The translations under genes were made by a program, and so were the position numbers. The notes beneath the pieces are model-generated. The model saw only the letters and a program-made list of their open reading frames with translations, was not told the origin of the DNA and made no database searches. DNA of 64,000 nucleotides. Origin: Chloroflexota bacterium. GTDB taxonomy: Bacteria; Chloroflexota; Anaerolineae; UBA2200. This document shows positions 46,174 to 56,400 of the stretch, in pieces. Location of the stretch: the NCBI GenBank assembly GCA_014360905.1, contig JACIWW010000011.1:27428-91427 (forward strand), given 5' to 3'. Position 1 is the stretch's first letter, and each line of letters begins with the position of its first letter.

Positions 46174-48714
46174 TCAGGACGCTGCAGGCTGCAACTTACA
46201 GGGGCACCTTCCCGCGCTCGATGCGTTGGATTGGATCGTGAGGCTGGTCAGCACAAGGAGCGAACCGATTTGCTGGCCCTCAGGCAGACGTTGCACAGAC
46301 AGATAGATTTGGTAGCGCTGAGGTGGCAGATCAGCCGGCAAGAACCAGTGATGCTGATCGCGAATTATTTCGCCTGTATGCCACAGCCGGGCTGGATAAA
46401 AGCCCTCCGTTGGCTGAGCGAGGTGCTCAGCCCACGCCTTACCTTGCTTGTCCCGCATTTGCAGGAGCAGCATAACATCTCTCGAAGGCGCTTGGTTTGC
46501 CTGCCAGAACAGGGTGAGGTGTACAACATCGCCGGGCTGAATGGGCGAATCGGGTTGGTGCTCATAACCCAGTTTGGCCATGTCATAACCCAGTAGCGTC
46601 AGTTCCCCAAACTGAACGTTCATCTGTCTTTTCATGCCAAGCACAGATAAGGGTGGAGGAGCCAGAGCAGGCAGGATACGCACTGTTTGCAGGAGGATGC
46701 GATCACCTGTTTCCTGCCCATGTTCTATCACAGGCAATCTCTGGCCGCTTTCGAGGTTGTACATGCCAATCTCGATGACGTACTCTCCAGGAGGTGTAGC
46801 TGGGAGAATAGGCAAACCATAGTTGTCCAGTACTTGCTCTCCTTCCTGCCAGATTGTGGTGATTTTGGCCCCGCCTCCTGGCTCGGCATCGCGCTGGCCA
46901 ACCAGGTGGCCATGGGAATCGATTACATGGGTAAAAACCTTATAGCGCTCTTGCATCGGGGCAATGGCTTGCCAAAAGAGGCTCAGTTGTAAAATGTCGC
47001 CTGGCCGCACCTCTGTTGTGAGCAAATTGTAGCCGAGCAAGCGCACCTTGTTTCCCAGATTCACGGACAGTGGGCGTTCAATTTGCTGTTGCGCGGGCAT
47101 GGCTGGTACAGCATAAATCACCAAACGCACGTTACCGTACCATGAATCCATGGCTTTGTAGCAGTGCTGATCCAGCCAGCCTTCCACGAAACGCTCCGGA
47201 TCACTCTCATCGGTAGCCCACAGTATAGCGAATATCCGTTTGCGTCCCTCTATCATCTGTACCAAGTCTGCTTCCGTCTGCGTCTTGTCTAGAGGACGCT
47301 GACGAGGGAGCGGATACAGAGGCAAGTTGCCCTGATAGTAGTACGTGAATGTTTCGATTTGCCCTGGAGCGTTGATCAGAATAGCATCGTCTTCTCCCCC
47401 TACGATCTCGATGTAACGAGCGATGCTACGATAGTCGTCGCGGGCATAGAGTGGGTCAAAATAGTAAGCACGTAGCGAATCCCACGAAGAAACCACGACA
47501 AAAACAATGATGGATAGCAAAAAGATGTAGCGCAGCCAGCGGCCAGTCTGACCACCGGGTTTGGTCCTATCGCCACCACCTTTCGCTATGGCAAATAGCC
47601 AGAAGCGGCTCGCAACGTCAGCCAACCAACGAGCACCATTTGCCAAAAACAAGTGGAAGGGGACGATGCATAGTAGCAGGAATTTTGGATTGTACATGGG
47701 CCGTTGCAGTGAAAGCAGGTACATGATGCCAATGGGCACGAAGAGGTACAGCAAGAAAAGGACATAGGAAGTGGAGCCTGCCTGAGGTTGCAGACCTTGC
47801 TTGCGATGAGGTCGTAAAGCCAGCACGCCCGCTAACAGCAATAGCCCAAAACCGGCTAGGACAGCAGGTGGACACAGTCTGGTAGACAAACCTAGGCTGA
47901 AAACACACAAGAGGTCCCCCAACAGAGTTCTCAGCGACAGAGGTTCACTGATAGCCGGCCACACACGCAATTGCTCTCTGGCTAGAACCAACCACGGCAG
48001 GTATGCAGCTGCAATGGTAATCTGTATAGCAGTCCAGCGTAACACAACTGATAAGCGTCGCATAGTGACTGGCAAGCGCGTGGTCAGCAGCCACCATAGG
48101 AAAGCGAGGTTCTGCACAATGAGCATCGTGGCTGCAAAATAGTGAGTATACAGAAGCAGAATAGACGCCAAGATGTAAAGAAAAGCGGCGAGAGTAGAGG
48201 ACCTGGAAGCTTTTTCACCAGCATTTTGCCATTTCGACAAAAGCAGCACCCAGGCATGTACGGATAAGGCTGCCAGAAGAGCACAGAGGATGTACATTCG
48301 AGTTTCTTGGGAGTAGTAGATTGCGAATGGGGATAAAGCTGCGAACAGCGTGGCGATCAAGGCGGGCACATCACCGGCGATGAAACGGGCGAGGACAAAC
48401 GTCATCAGCACTAGTGCTGTTCCTAGCAGTGCGGACAAGGAACGCACGGCGAGTTCACTGTGGCCAACAAATGCCATCCAGAAATGGAGGATATAGTAAT
48501 ACAGCGGTGGATGAATGTCGTTAGCCGCACCTCTAGTAATGGCTGCCAGGTCTCGCGCGGCAAGAGCAACACTTGTGCCCTCATCGTTCCACAGGCTTTG
48601 CGCTTCGATGCGGTACAGACGCAAGATCAATGCGAGCCACAGCACCAACATGAACATGCCATTGATCAGAACCCGCTGGCCTTTTGGCGTGTGTTGCATC
48701 GGGCTCCATTCCAT
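46174..48714 (-). CDS. GT-C glycosyltransferase family 39 (ArnT/PMT-like) with duplicated C-terminal beta-rich domain
   Basis: SLWNDEGTSV and HPPLYYYILHFW motifs in and after the first loop, with at least 11 hydrophobic helices. The C-terminal ~290 aa contain two copies of an LLGY...PGD..xLxLFWQA...PPGxY unit. Confidence 0.8.
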   Translation of the reverse strand: MEWSPMQHTPKGQRVLINGMFMLVLWLALILRLYRIEAQSLWNDEGTSVALAARDLAAITRGAANDIHPPLYYYILHFWMAFVGHSELAVRSLSALLGTALVLMTFVLARFIAGDVPALIATLFAALSPFAIYYSQETRMYILCALLAALSVHAWVLLLSKWQNAGEKASRSSTLAAFLYILASILLLYTHYFAATMLIVQNLAFLWWLLTTRLPVTMRRLSVVLRWTAIQITIAAAYLPWLVLAREQLRVWPAISEPLSLRTLLGDLLCVFSLGLSTRLCPPAVLAGFGLLLLAGVLALRPHRKQGLQPQAGSTSYVLFLLYLFVPIGIMYLLSLQRPMYNPKFLLLCIVPFHLFLANGARWLADVASRFWLFAIAKGGGDRTKPGGQTGRWLRYIFLLSIIVFVVVSSWDSLRAYYFDPLYARDDYRSIARYIEIVGGEDDAILINAPGQIETFTYYYQGNLPLYPLPRQRPLDKTQTEADLVQMIEGRKRIFAILWATDESDPERFVEGWLDQHCYKAMDSWYGNVRLVIYAVPAMPAQQQIERPLSVNLGNKVRLLGYNLLTTEVRPGDILQLSLFWQAIAPMQERYKVFTHVIDSHGHLVGQRDAEPGGGAKITTIWQEGEQVLDNYGLPILPATPPGEYVIEIGMYNLESGQRLPVIEHGQETGDRILLQTVRILPALAPPPLSVLGMKRQMNVQFGELTLLGYDMAKLGYEHQPDSPIQPGDVVHLTLFWQANQAPSRDVMLLLQMRDKQGKAWAEHLAQPTEGFYPARLWHTGEIIRDQHHWFLPADLPPQRYQIYLSVQRLPEGQQIGSLLVLTSLTIQSNASSAGRCPCKLQPAAS

Positions 48715-48723
48715 GCTAAAGGG

Positions 48724-49509
48724 TCATTTCCCTTTGAATTGTGCTGGGCGCTTCTCTAGAAAGGCTGTGGTTCCCTCAACCCGATCCTCGGTGGCGCACA
48801 CCAATCCAAACTGGCTGGCTTCGAACGCACAGCCCGTGACCAGATCCGTCCCCAGTCCCACATTGATGCTCATTTTGGCTAGAGCAACCGCCACCGGGGC
48901 CTTGCGTGCGAGCTTATGAGCTAGTTCCCGTGCTCTTGTCATTAGTTCTGCTGCCGGGACGACCAACTCGACCAGACCAATGCGCAAAGCCTCTTGTGCG
49001 GAAATCATATCGCCACTGAGGATTAGCCACTTTGCATACCCCTTACCCACTAATCTGGGTAGCCTTTGCGTGCCACCATAGCCTGGTATAATGCCCAAAT
49101 TGATCTCGGGTTGTCCAAGTTTGGCCGTATCTGCTGCTATGCGGATGTCACAGGCCATAGCCAGCTCACATCCACCACCCAGCGCGTAGCCATTGATCGC
49201 AGCGATGACGGGTTTGCTGAGATTTTCGATCTTGAACAGAATGCTCTGGCCTTGGGCTGCAAATTCAGCTCCTTGCGCACCACTGCCGATAGCTCGCAAT
49301 TCGTTGATATCGGCTCCGGCGACGAAGGCTTTTTCCCCAGCCCCGGTCAGGATAATACACCGTATGTCCTCGTCATGTGCTAGTTCATCAATGGCTGCTG
49401 ACAGTTCGGCCATCGTAGCGTGGTTCAGTGCATTGAGCACCTGAGGTCGGTTAAAGGTAATGATAGCAATATCCTCTTCGCGCGTCACGAGAATGTTCTG
49501 GTAATCCAT
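48724..49509 (-). CDS. Enoyl-CoA hydratase/isomerase (crotonase) family
   Basis: ILTGAGEKAFVAGADI and GYALGGGCELAMACDIRIA. ATG at 49509 lies 5 nt after GGGAGGGA. Confidence 0.9.
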   Translation of the reverse strand: MDYQNILVTREEDIAIITFNRPQVLNALNHATMAELSAAIDELAHDEDIRCIILTGAGEKAFVAGADINELRAIGSGAQGAEFAAQGQSILFKIENLSKPVIAAINGYALGGGCELAMACDIRIAADTAKLGQPEINLGIIPGYGGTQRLPRLVGKGYAKWLILSGDMISAQEALRIGLVELVVPAAELMTRARELAHKLARKAPVAVALAKMSINVGLGTDLVTGCAFEASQFGLVCATEDRVEGTTAFLEKRPAQFKGK

Positions 49510-49527
49510 GTAAGTCCCTCCCATCAG

Positions 49528-52500
49528 CTAAGTTGCAATTGCCTCAGCGCTCAAGTATTGGATTGTTCTCTCCACTAAAGAATCCATGTCTTGCGTAGCG
49601 GCAACAATAGATGGAAACGCAGGAGCAGTAAAGCAGTATTCCGGTCCTTCCCTATTTAGAATCGAATAGAGGACTAGGGTGTCCAATGCTTGTTCCACTG
49701 CGGCCGATGGAACCTGCACACCTCGTGCGTGCAAGGCGGCTTCAATTTCAGCGCAGGTAGCATGCGGTGTATCCACCATGATGAGCAACGTAATCAGGCG
49801 TTCCAGAGCAGTCGTGTTGCCCCACATTACTTCGATAAGATATTCGTTGAACTGCCTCGAGTTCCCAATTGCCTCCAATTCTGACAGGGTAATGAAGCGA
49901 TCGCCTCGGGCATTGATGCGCACAATCAGTTCCTGACAAATATACTGCACGAGGTTAGGATGGCAAGCTGACAAATTGATCACTGCTTGGACCAGCTTGC
50001 TGGCATCTTCGAAACCGATCCCCATTTCTTGCATGGGCTCCATGACGATACGACCTGTGTCCCGAGGGCTCAGATTACTTAAGCGAAGCACGTTACAGAA
50101 ATTGAAAAGCGCAGAATTCGGGTCATGCAAGCGCGCATGGAGAACCTTGCCACCACAAAGTATGAAGCGACACTGATGCTCTTGGGCAAGAGCTCGGAAC
50201 ACCTTGAAAAGTCGCTCCTGATTCAAGGCATCATGTTGGAGGAGTGCATCTACCTCATCCATCAGTATGACAATAAGCCGGTCTTCCTGCTCTCGTTTCA
50301 TGCGAACGATCATGCGCATCAGCGCCTCCGGCGAGCAGTCGGGCAAGACAACCTGCCACAGGGTCTCCACAATATTGCCGAGATCTTGATAATCTTGTAC
50401 TGCCTGGCAGTCCAGGTACAAAGAGTAGGTATCAGGCGCGTCGGTGAAGGAGCGGTGGAGTTTGTTTAGAATGGAGGTTTTGCCAATCTTCCGTCCACCT
50501 ACAATGGCAAAGTTGTTGTCTTTGATCATGCGCGTGATGGTTTTTAATTCATAGTCTCGACCGAAGAACATGTTTTCAGGCACAGGTCCCGATATCACAT
50601 AAGGTGATACAACCGTCAGATCTATCTGAGCAAGCAAGATACGGATAAATCTCTTCTCTGGATTCTTGGCCACGAAGATGCGATACAAGTCATCAAAATC
50701 CATCACGATAAAATCATGGGCTGTGCCGCGGGTCAACTTCTTGAAGAGCGCCTTAGTTGTGGTCAATTCTTGTCCAGTGCCGCTGTCTGGAAGCACAAGC
50801 AAGGCGAGATAACTGGATATGTTGAGGATACCTAACAAATCATGCAGATCATGGATATCCTGCTCGGTGAGACTGGGCTTTTGCAGGAAGATGATGGGGA
50901 ACATGGGAGGCATCTTCAGACGCAAAGCTGGTGCCTTGATGACATAGGCATGAAAGTCTTTGTAAGAACGGGTTTCCAGAAGGGTGAATCCGAGCAACTG
51001 ACAAAGTTGATCGGTGATGCGCGAGACCATAGGCTTGAAGGCAATTGCACTCTTCGTTCTCTTTTGTGCTGCGCGCCAGTTACGCAAAAAGTTTCCCACC
51101 TGCATGGCATTGGTTGGCTCTAGCACAGGTGGATTTAAGCGCAGCACTAGGTTATCATCCCCATGTTCCTGCATATATTGTTGCATGGCGCGAAGCTTAA
51201 AGATGCCTGGCACATGGGTCAGCGCTTCCATGTTGACCACATTTTTGTCTCGTAAGACACGTTCAATCTCTTCTCGCCATAAAGGCCAGTTGCGTTCGAA
51301 AAGCTGGTCTTGCGCTTGCCGCGAAGACTGAATATGCCACTGAACCGTGAGCAGGATCAGAGCGAGGGCTGCTGTACCCATCATCCCTGCCACAACAAGG
51401 CGCCAGATGGCAGGGCTCAGGCCTTTATCTACACTGCTGTAGATGCCATTGTTCTTGATGCTGGCGTATAAATAGGAACGCTTGGCATCTACGAGCAGTG
51501 CCAATACGTTGGCACGGGCTGGTAGGCCTTCGTTAATGGCGCACCAATTAAAGCCCCCATCGTCACTGCGGAATATGCCCCCATCCGTACTAGCATATAA
51601 AATGCGCGGTTTACCACGGTAGGGGTTGAGCGCAAGAGCTTGGATCTTGATATTCGTCGGCAAAGATCCTCTGCCAATGGCAGTCCAAGTGTTCCCCCCG
51701 TCTATCGAGCAGTAAACTTCACCAATACCGGTAGCCGTTGCAACATAGATCACATTCGGGGAACGCTCATCAACTACAATGCTATGCACTTCATCCTGGG
51801 CTAGTCTGTTGTGTATTACCTCCCAACGAGAGCTACTAGGCTCAGAAGTGCTAGTTAGTTTTAAACGGTAAAGCCCTTTGCCTGTTCCAGCATAGAGAGT
51901 TCCTCCTTCAGTTGGTGCAAGGGCAAGGGTTTGCACATAGAGATTTTCCAATCCATTGTTCGCATTCGTCCAATGGATGCCACCATCCTCGCTGTAGAAT
52001 ACGCCAGCTCCGTTGGTCCCTGCATAAAGTACGCCTGAGGACTGATTCCCATGGAGCTTGGCTGGGCGATGTACTACCAGCGCACTAATTGGCGCATCGC
52101 GCGCCAGGCCACCATTCACCAGCCACCAAGTTTGGCCTCCGTCAGCACTGCGATAGATCTCGCTATACCATGTGCCTGCATATAGAGTGTCGGGAAAATC
52201 TGGATCCACAGCCAGAGCTAAAACATTAGGACGAGCAAGTCCTCGAGTTACTGAGACCCAGGTGTTGCCATCGTCTGTCGTTTTAAATACATCCAGCCCT
52301 GTGAGCGCATAGAAATGTCCTGGACGTTCTGGAACTGCCACCAGAGACAGTACATTGGTGCTGATCAAGCCCTCGTTTCTGGGCTCCCAGTGCTGGCCGC
52401 CTGTACCGGTGTAGTACACGCCGCGTCCTGTGCCTGCATAAAGCACCTGAGAATGCAAAGGATGGATAGCCAGTGCCAAGACCAATTCATTGATATTGCC

Positions 52501-53421
52501 AGTCACTGGTTCCCAGCTTTCACCACTGTTTATGCTTCTCCAGACACCTTGCATGCCCACTGCAGCATATAAAGTGCGCGGATTATTCGGGTCAATTACC
52601 AAGGAATGAACGATCATCTCGCCAATCCCCCCGGTGGCAGCCTGCCAAGTCGCTGCACCGTTGTTGCTACGGTAAACGCCAGATTCCGTAGCAGCATAGA
52701 GGATGCTCGATACCACAGGATCGATCACTAGGGTCTGTACGCGCAAATTGTCAGGCATGTCAGCGCTAGCTCTTTGCCAATGGATTCCCTGATCCGTGCT
52801 TTTGAACACGCCGCTATCCGTGCCTACGTATAGGATGTTCGGAGAGGTGCGATCTATTGCTAATGCCCATATGGTCTCTTCGGGTAGCCCTTCGCTGCTC
52901 GCGCTCCATGTATTCCCCGCATCTAGACTTTTGAATACCTGTTTCTCTGTACCTGCATAAATGATCGAGCTGTCCTGGGGGTCTACTACTAAGGAGAAAA
53001 CCGGGCTATGTGTCAGACCTGAGGTAGCTGGTAGCCAAGTCTGTCCGTCATCCATGCTGCGATACACACCATTGAAGGTACCAGCATAGAGGGTCTGTGG
53101 AGTAGTTTGGGCCATGGCTAGCGTCGTGACTTCCTGTCCAGCAGGTAACCCTGCACTGGTGCATTGCCATGTGCCCCCACCATCCCGGCTGGTATAGATG
53201 CCGCCATCCGTAGCTGCATAGATCACGCTAGGGTTCTGCTCATTGAGCAATAGGGCGTTGATCTTGCCCCCACTTGGTCCCCTTGTTTGTTTCCAGATGG
53301 CTATACTGGGGGGCTGTTTCTCTGGTGCGTATAAAGAAATGGAGAGCCTGATGAGCAGGATAACCAGGGCAATGGCCAGCAACGTCCCGATGACCTTACG
53401 CAGCGCTTGTCGATCGCTCAT
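49528..53421 (-). CDS. Bitopic-type membrane protein: extracytoplasmic Asp-box (BNR) beta-propeller array + TM + cytoplasmic STAND/Orc1-Cdc6-like P-loop ATPase
   Basis: 1297 aa. TM1 is about aa 11-31. There are 12 SxDxGxTW-type Asp boxes between aa 78 and 625. TM2 is about aa 672-695 (IWRLVVAGMMGTAALALILLTVQW). The ATPase motifs are FFGRDYE...IVGGRKIGKTS (Walker A, DNA 50476-50499) and RLIVILMDEVD (Walker B). The tail is helical. The ATG overlaps the dnaE stop (ATGA). Confidence 0.8.
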   Translation of the reverse strand: MSDRQALRKVIGTLLAIALVILLIRLSISLYAPEKQPPSIAIWKQTRGPSGGKINALLLNEQNPSVIYAATDGGIYTSRDGGGTWQCTSAGLPAGQEVTTLAMAQTTPQTLYAGTFNGVYRSMDDGQTWLPATSGLTHSPVFSLVVDPQDSSIIYAGTEKQVFKSLDAGNTWSASSEGLPEETIWALAIDRTSPNILYVGTDSGVFKSTDQGIHWQRASADMPDNLRVQTLVIDPVVSSILYAATESGVYRSNNGAATWQAATGGIGEMIVHSLVIDPNNPRTLYAAVGMQGVWRSINSGESWEPVTGNINELVLALAIHPLHSQVLYAGTGRGVYYTGTGGQHWEPRNEGLISTNVLSLVAVPERPGHFYALTGLDVFKTTDDGNTWVSVTRGLARPNVLALAVDPDFPDTLYAGTWYSEIYRSADGGQTWWLVNGGLARDAPISALVVHRPAKLHGNQSSGVLYAGTNGAGVFYSEDGGIHWTNANNGLENLYVQTLALAPTEGGTLYAGTGKGLYRLKLTSTSEPSSSRWEVIHNRLAQDEVHSIVVDERSPNVIYVATATGIGEVYCSIDGGNTWTAIGRGSLPTNIKIQALALNPYRGKPRILYASTDGGIFRSDDGGFNWCAINEGLPARANVLALLVDAKRSYLYASIKNNGIYSSVDKGLSPAIWRLVVAGMMGTAALALILLTVQWHIQSSRQAQDQLFERNWPLWREEIERVLRDKNVVNMEALTHVPGIFKLRAMQQYMQEHGDDNLVLRLNPPVLEPTNAMQVGNFLRNWRAAQKRTKSAIAFKPMVSRITDQLCQLLGFTLLETRSYKDFHAYVIKAPALRLKMPPMFPIIFLQKPSLTEQDIHDLHDLLGILNISSYLALLVLPDSGTGQELTTTKALFKKLTRGTAHDFIVMDFDDLYRIFVAKNPEKRFIRILLAQIDLTVVSPYVISGPVPENMFFGRDYELKTITRMIKDNNFAIVGGRKIGKTSILNKLHRSFTDAPDTYSLYLDCQAVQDYQDLGNIVETLWQVVLPDCSPEALMRMIVRMKREQEDRLIVILMDEVDALLQHDALNQERLFKVFRALAQEHQCRFILCGGKVLHARLHDPNSALFNFCNVLRLSNLSPRDTGRIVMEPMQEMGIGFEDASKLVQAVINLSACHPNLVQYICQELIVRINARGDRFITLSELEAIGNSRQFNEYLIEVMWGNTTALERLITLLIMVDTPHATCAEIEAALHARGVQVPSAAVEQALDTLVLYSILNREGPEYCFTAPAFPSIVAATQDMDSLVERTIQYLSAEAIAT

Positions 53422-56400
53422 GCCTCTATCCTTTGCACGTAAAGCGCATTCTCGCCCAGGGTTTCCTTGAGCAGCATCTCCAGTTCCGGCACAAAATTCG
53501 TGGTCACATTCGGGAATTCCAACTGTACGCGTCCCTGCTCACTGATGATGTTGAAGCGAAAATGGTCTTGGCCAGGGTGTTCTTCGAGGATCTTGTACAC
53601 TTTTCTCAACAGTTGCACATCGTGGTCGCGATTGCCACTGCAGCGGAGGTTGATCTCAAGCAAATGCACCCGGGGCATTTCCTTGCTTTTGCCGGCGTTT
53701 GCCAGTGCGTAATCCTGCACTATGTCCCCAACAAGCTGGACCTTGCCGTCGCGTACATCTACCTTGCCCTCCACCACGAGCAATTGGCCTTCTACCAACA
53801 ATTCTTTACATTGCTTGTGGGTCTTGGGGAAGAGCACCACATCTATGCTACCACTCAAGTCTTCCAATTCTACAAAGGCCATTTCTTCGCCCTTGCGCGT
53901 CATGGTCGAGCGAGCTCTGAGCACTCTCCCTGCAACCATTACTGTATGGCCTTTGAGCGATTCATCAATCTGATCAAGTGGCGTGTAATGCTTGTCTGAG
54001 CGAGTATCCCAGGAATCTTGCGCCAAGTGTTGCAGGGGGTGGTCTGACATATAGACTCCTAGGAGTTCTTTTTCCCAGGCGAGCATTTCTTTTTGCGCAA
54101 TGGGCGGGACAAAAACTTGATCCGCCATCAAATCGGCGTCGCTCGAGGAACGCGCATAAAGGGCATCAAAAGCCAGTTGCCCAACGGCGCTGGCCTGGTG
54201 GTGCAGATGGCTCAACCCCAGCATACGGTCCATGATAGCCAGCAATCTAGGTCTTTCAGCCAAAGAATCTAAAGCTCCGACTTTAATGAGACTTTCTAGA
54301 GCACGCTTATTGATCTGCCGCAAATCTACACGCCGACAGAAATCGGCCACACTGGTGAAAGGACCATGCGCGGCGCGAGCCTGCAAGATGGTCAGCACCG
54401 GTCCTTCACCTACATTCTTGATAGCGCCCAAACCAAAGCGGATTGCCGCACGCCAAAGTACAGTGCGATCCTTTACCGGCTCCTTCGGGGCAGATAAATC
54501 TTCTATTGCAAAGTCAAGATCGCTGCGATTTATATCGGGGGGAAGCACCTGGATTCCGAGCCGGCGGCATTCTGCAACAAGGGCTGCGATCTTATCGGTA
54601 TTATTGCGTTCGACTGAAAGCAGAGCAGTCATGTACTCAACAGGATAATGTGCCTTGAGATAAGCCGTCTGGCAAGTGATCACTGCGTAAGCTGCGCTGT
54701 GAGCCTTATTGAAACCATAGTTGGCAAAGTATTCAATAGCCGCAAAGATTTCTTCGGCTTTGTCTCTAGGCAAGCCACGCTCCATAGCACCCCGCACAAA
54801 TTTATCCCGTTGCTCCTTGAGTTCTTTCTCCTTCTTCTTGCCCACAGCACGGCGCATTAGATCTGCTTCGGCGCTGCTGTAGCCAGCAATATCTGTCGCA
54901 ATACGGATAATTTGCTCTTGATAAAGGATGATGCCGTACGTATCGCGCAGGATGGGCTCCAAACTGGGATGGATGTATTCGACTTTCTCTCGCCCATGTT
55001 TGCGGGCGACGTAACTATCTATGAACTGCATGGGGCCAGGTCGGTAGAGGGAGAGGAGCGCCACTACGTCCTCAAAATTGGAAGGTTGCAACTCCTGCAG
55101 CACCCGGCGCATTCCCGCACCTTCAACCTGGAACAGCCCAATGACGTTGCCTGTAGAGAGCAACTCATAGATAGCCGGATCATCCGTGGGGATATTGTCC
55201 AGACGCAAGGCAGTGCCGTGACGTGCATTGATCAATTCGACCGCGCGGCGCATAATCGTCAGGGTGGAGAGGCCAAGGAAGTCTATCTTCAATAGGCCGA
55301 TGTCTTCGAGAGCTCCCATTGGATACTGGGTGATAATTTCTTTGCCCTTGGGAATGTGTTGCACAGGGACATATTCAGCCAACGGCTTGTCTGCAATGAC
55401 CACGCCCGCGGCATGGGTGGAGACATGATGCGAAACTCCTTCGAGCTGACGGGCTTTGTCAATCAGGTTGCGTATGTAGTCATCCTGCTCGTACATGGCG
55501 CGCAACTCGGGGGAAGATTCCAGGGCATCCTGTATTTTGACCTTTTGGCCGGCAGGCACCAGTTTGGCCAGGCGAACTACCTCCCCTGGTGGAAGGCCCA
55601 ATGCACGACCTACATGGTGGATGGCTGCGCGTGCTGCCATGGTGCCGAAAGTGATAATTTGCGCCACCTGGTCGCTGCCATATTTGCCGATAACGTACTC
55701 GATCATCTCGTTGCGGCGATCATCCGGAAAGTCCAAGTCAATATCTGGCATGTTGATCCGACCAGGGTTGAGGAAACGCTCAAAAATGAGGCCATGACGG
55801 AGTGGTTCCAAATTGGTCAAACCCAGCGAATAGGCCACGATGCTAGCAGCAGCCGAACCGCGTACGTTCCAAGGGATATCCCGGCTTCTGGCAAACCTTA
55901 TCAGATCCCAAACGATCAAGAAATAGACGTCAAAGTTCATGTCATGGATGATTTTCAATTCGTGATCGAGCCGGGCACGCAATTCTGGGGTGATCAATGG
56001 ATAGCGTTGCCGAAAACCTTCTTGGCAAAGGTGGGCGAGATAGGTATGGGCTGTATAACCCTGCGGTACCTCAAAAGGTGGCAAATGAAAGCCTTCATTC
56101 TTGAGCTCGAATGCACACTCCGCTACGATGCGGCTGGTGTTGGCCAGAGCTTCGGGCACGTCGGCGAACAGGTCAGCCATTTCCTGCTCACTTCTCAAGT
56201 AGAAATCGTCGCTGCCCATGCGCAGGCGATCAGGGTCATCCATCGTTGTACCGGTCTGAATGCACAGCAATACCTCATGGGCAGCGGCGTCATCTTGGCG
56301 TATGTAGTGGACATCATTTGTAGCAACACAATCAACTCCGAGCTCACGGCCAAGCGCCAACAATGCCCGGTTTGTCGCCTCCATCTCCGGCATGGCGACA

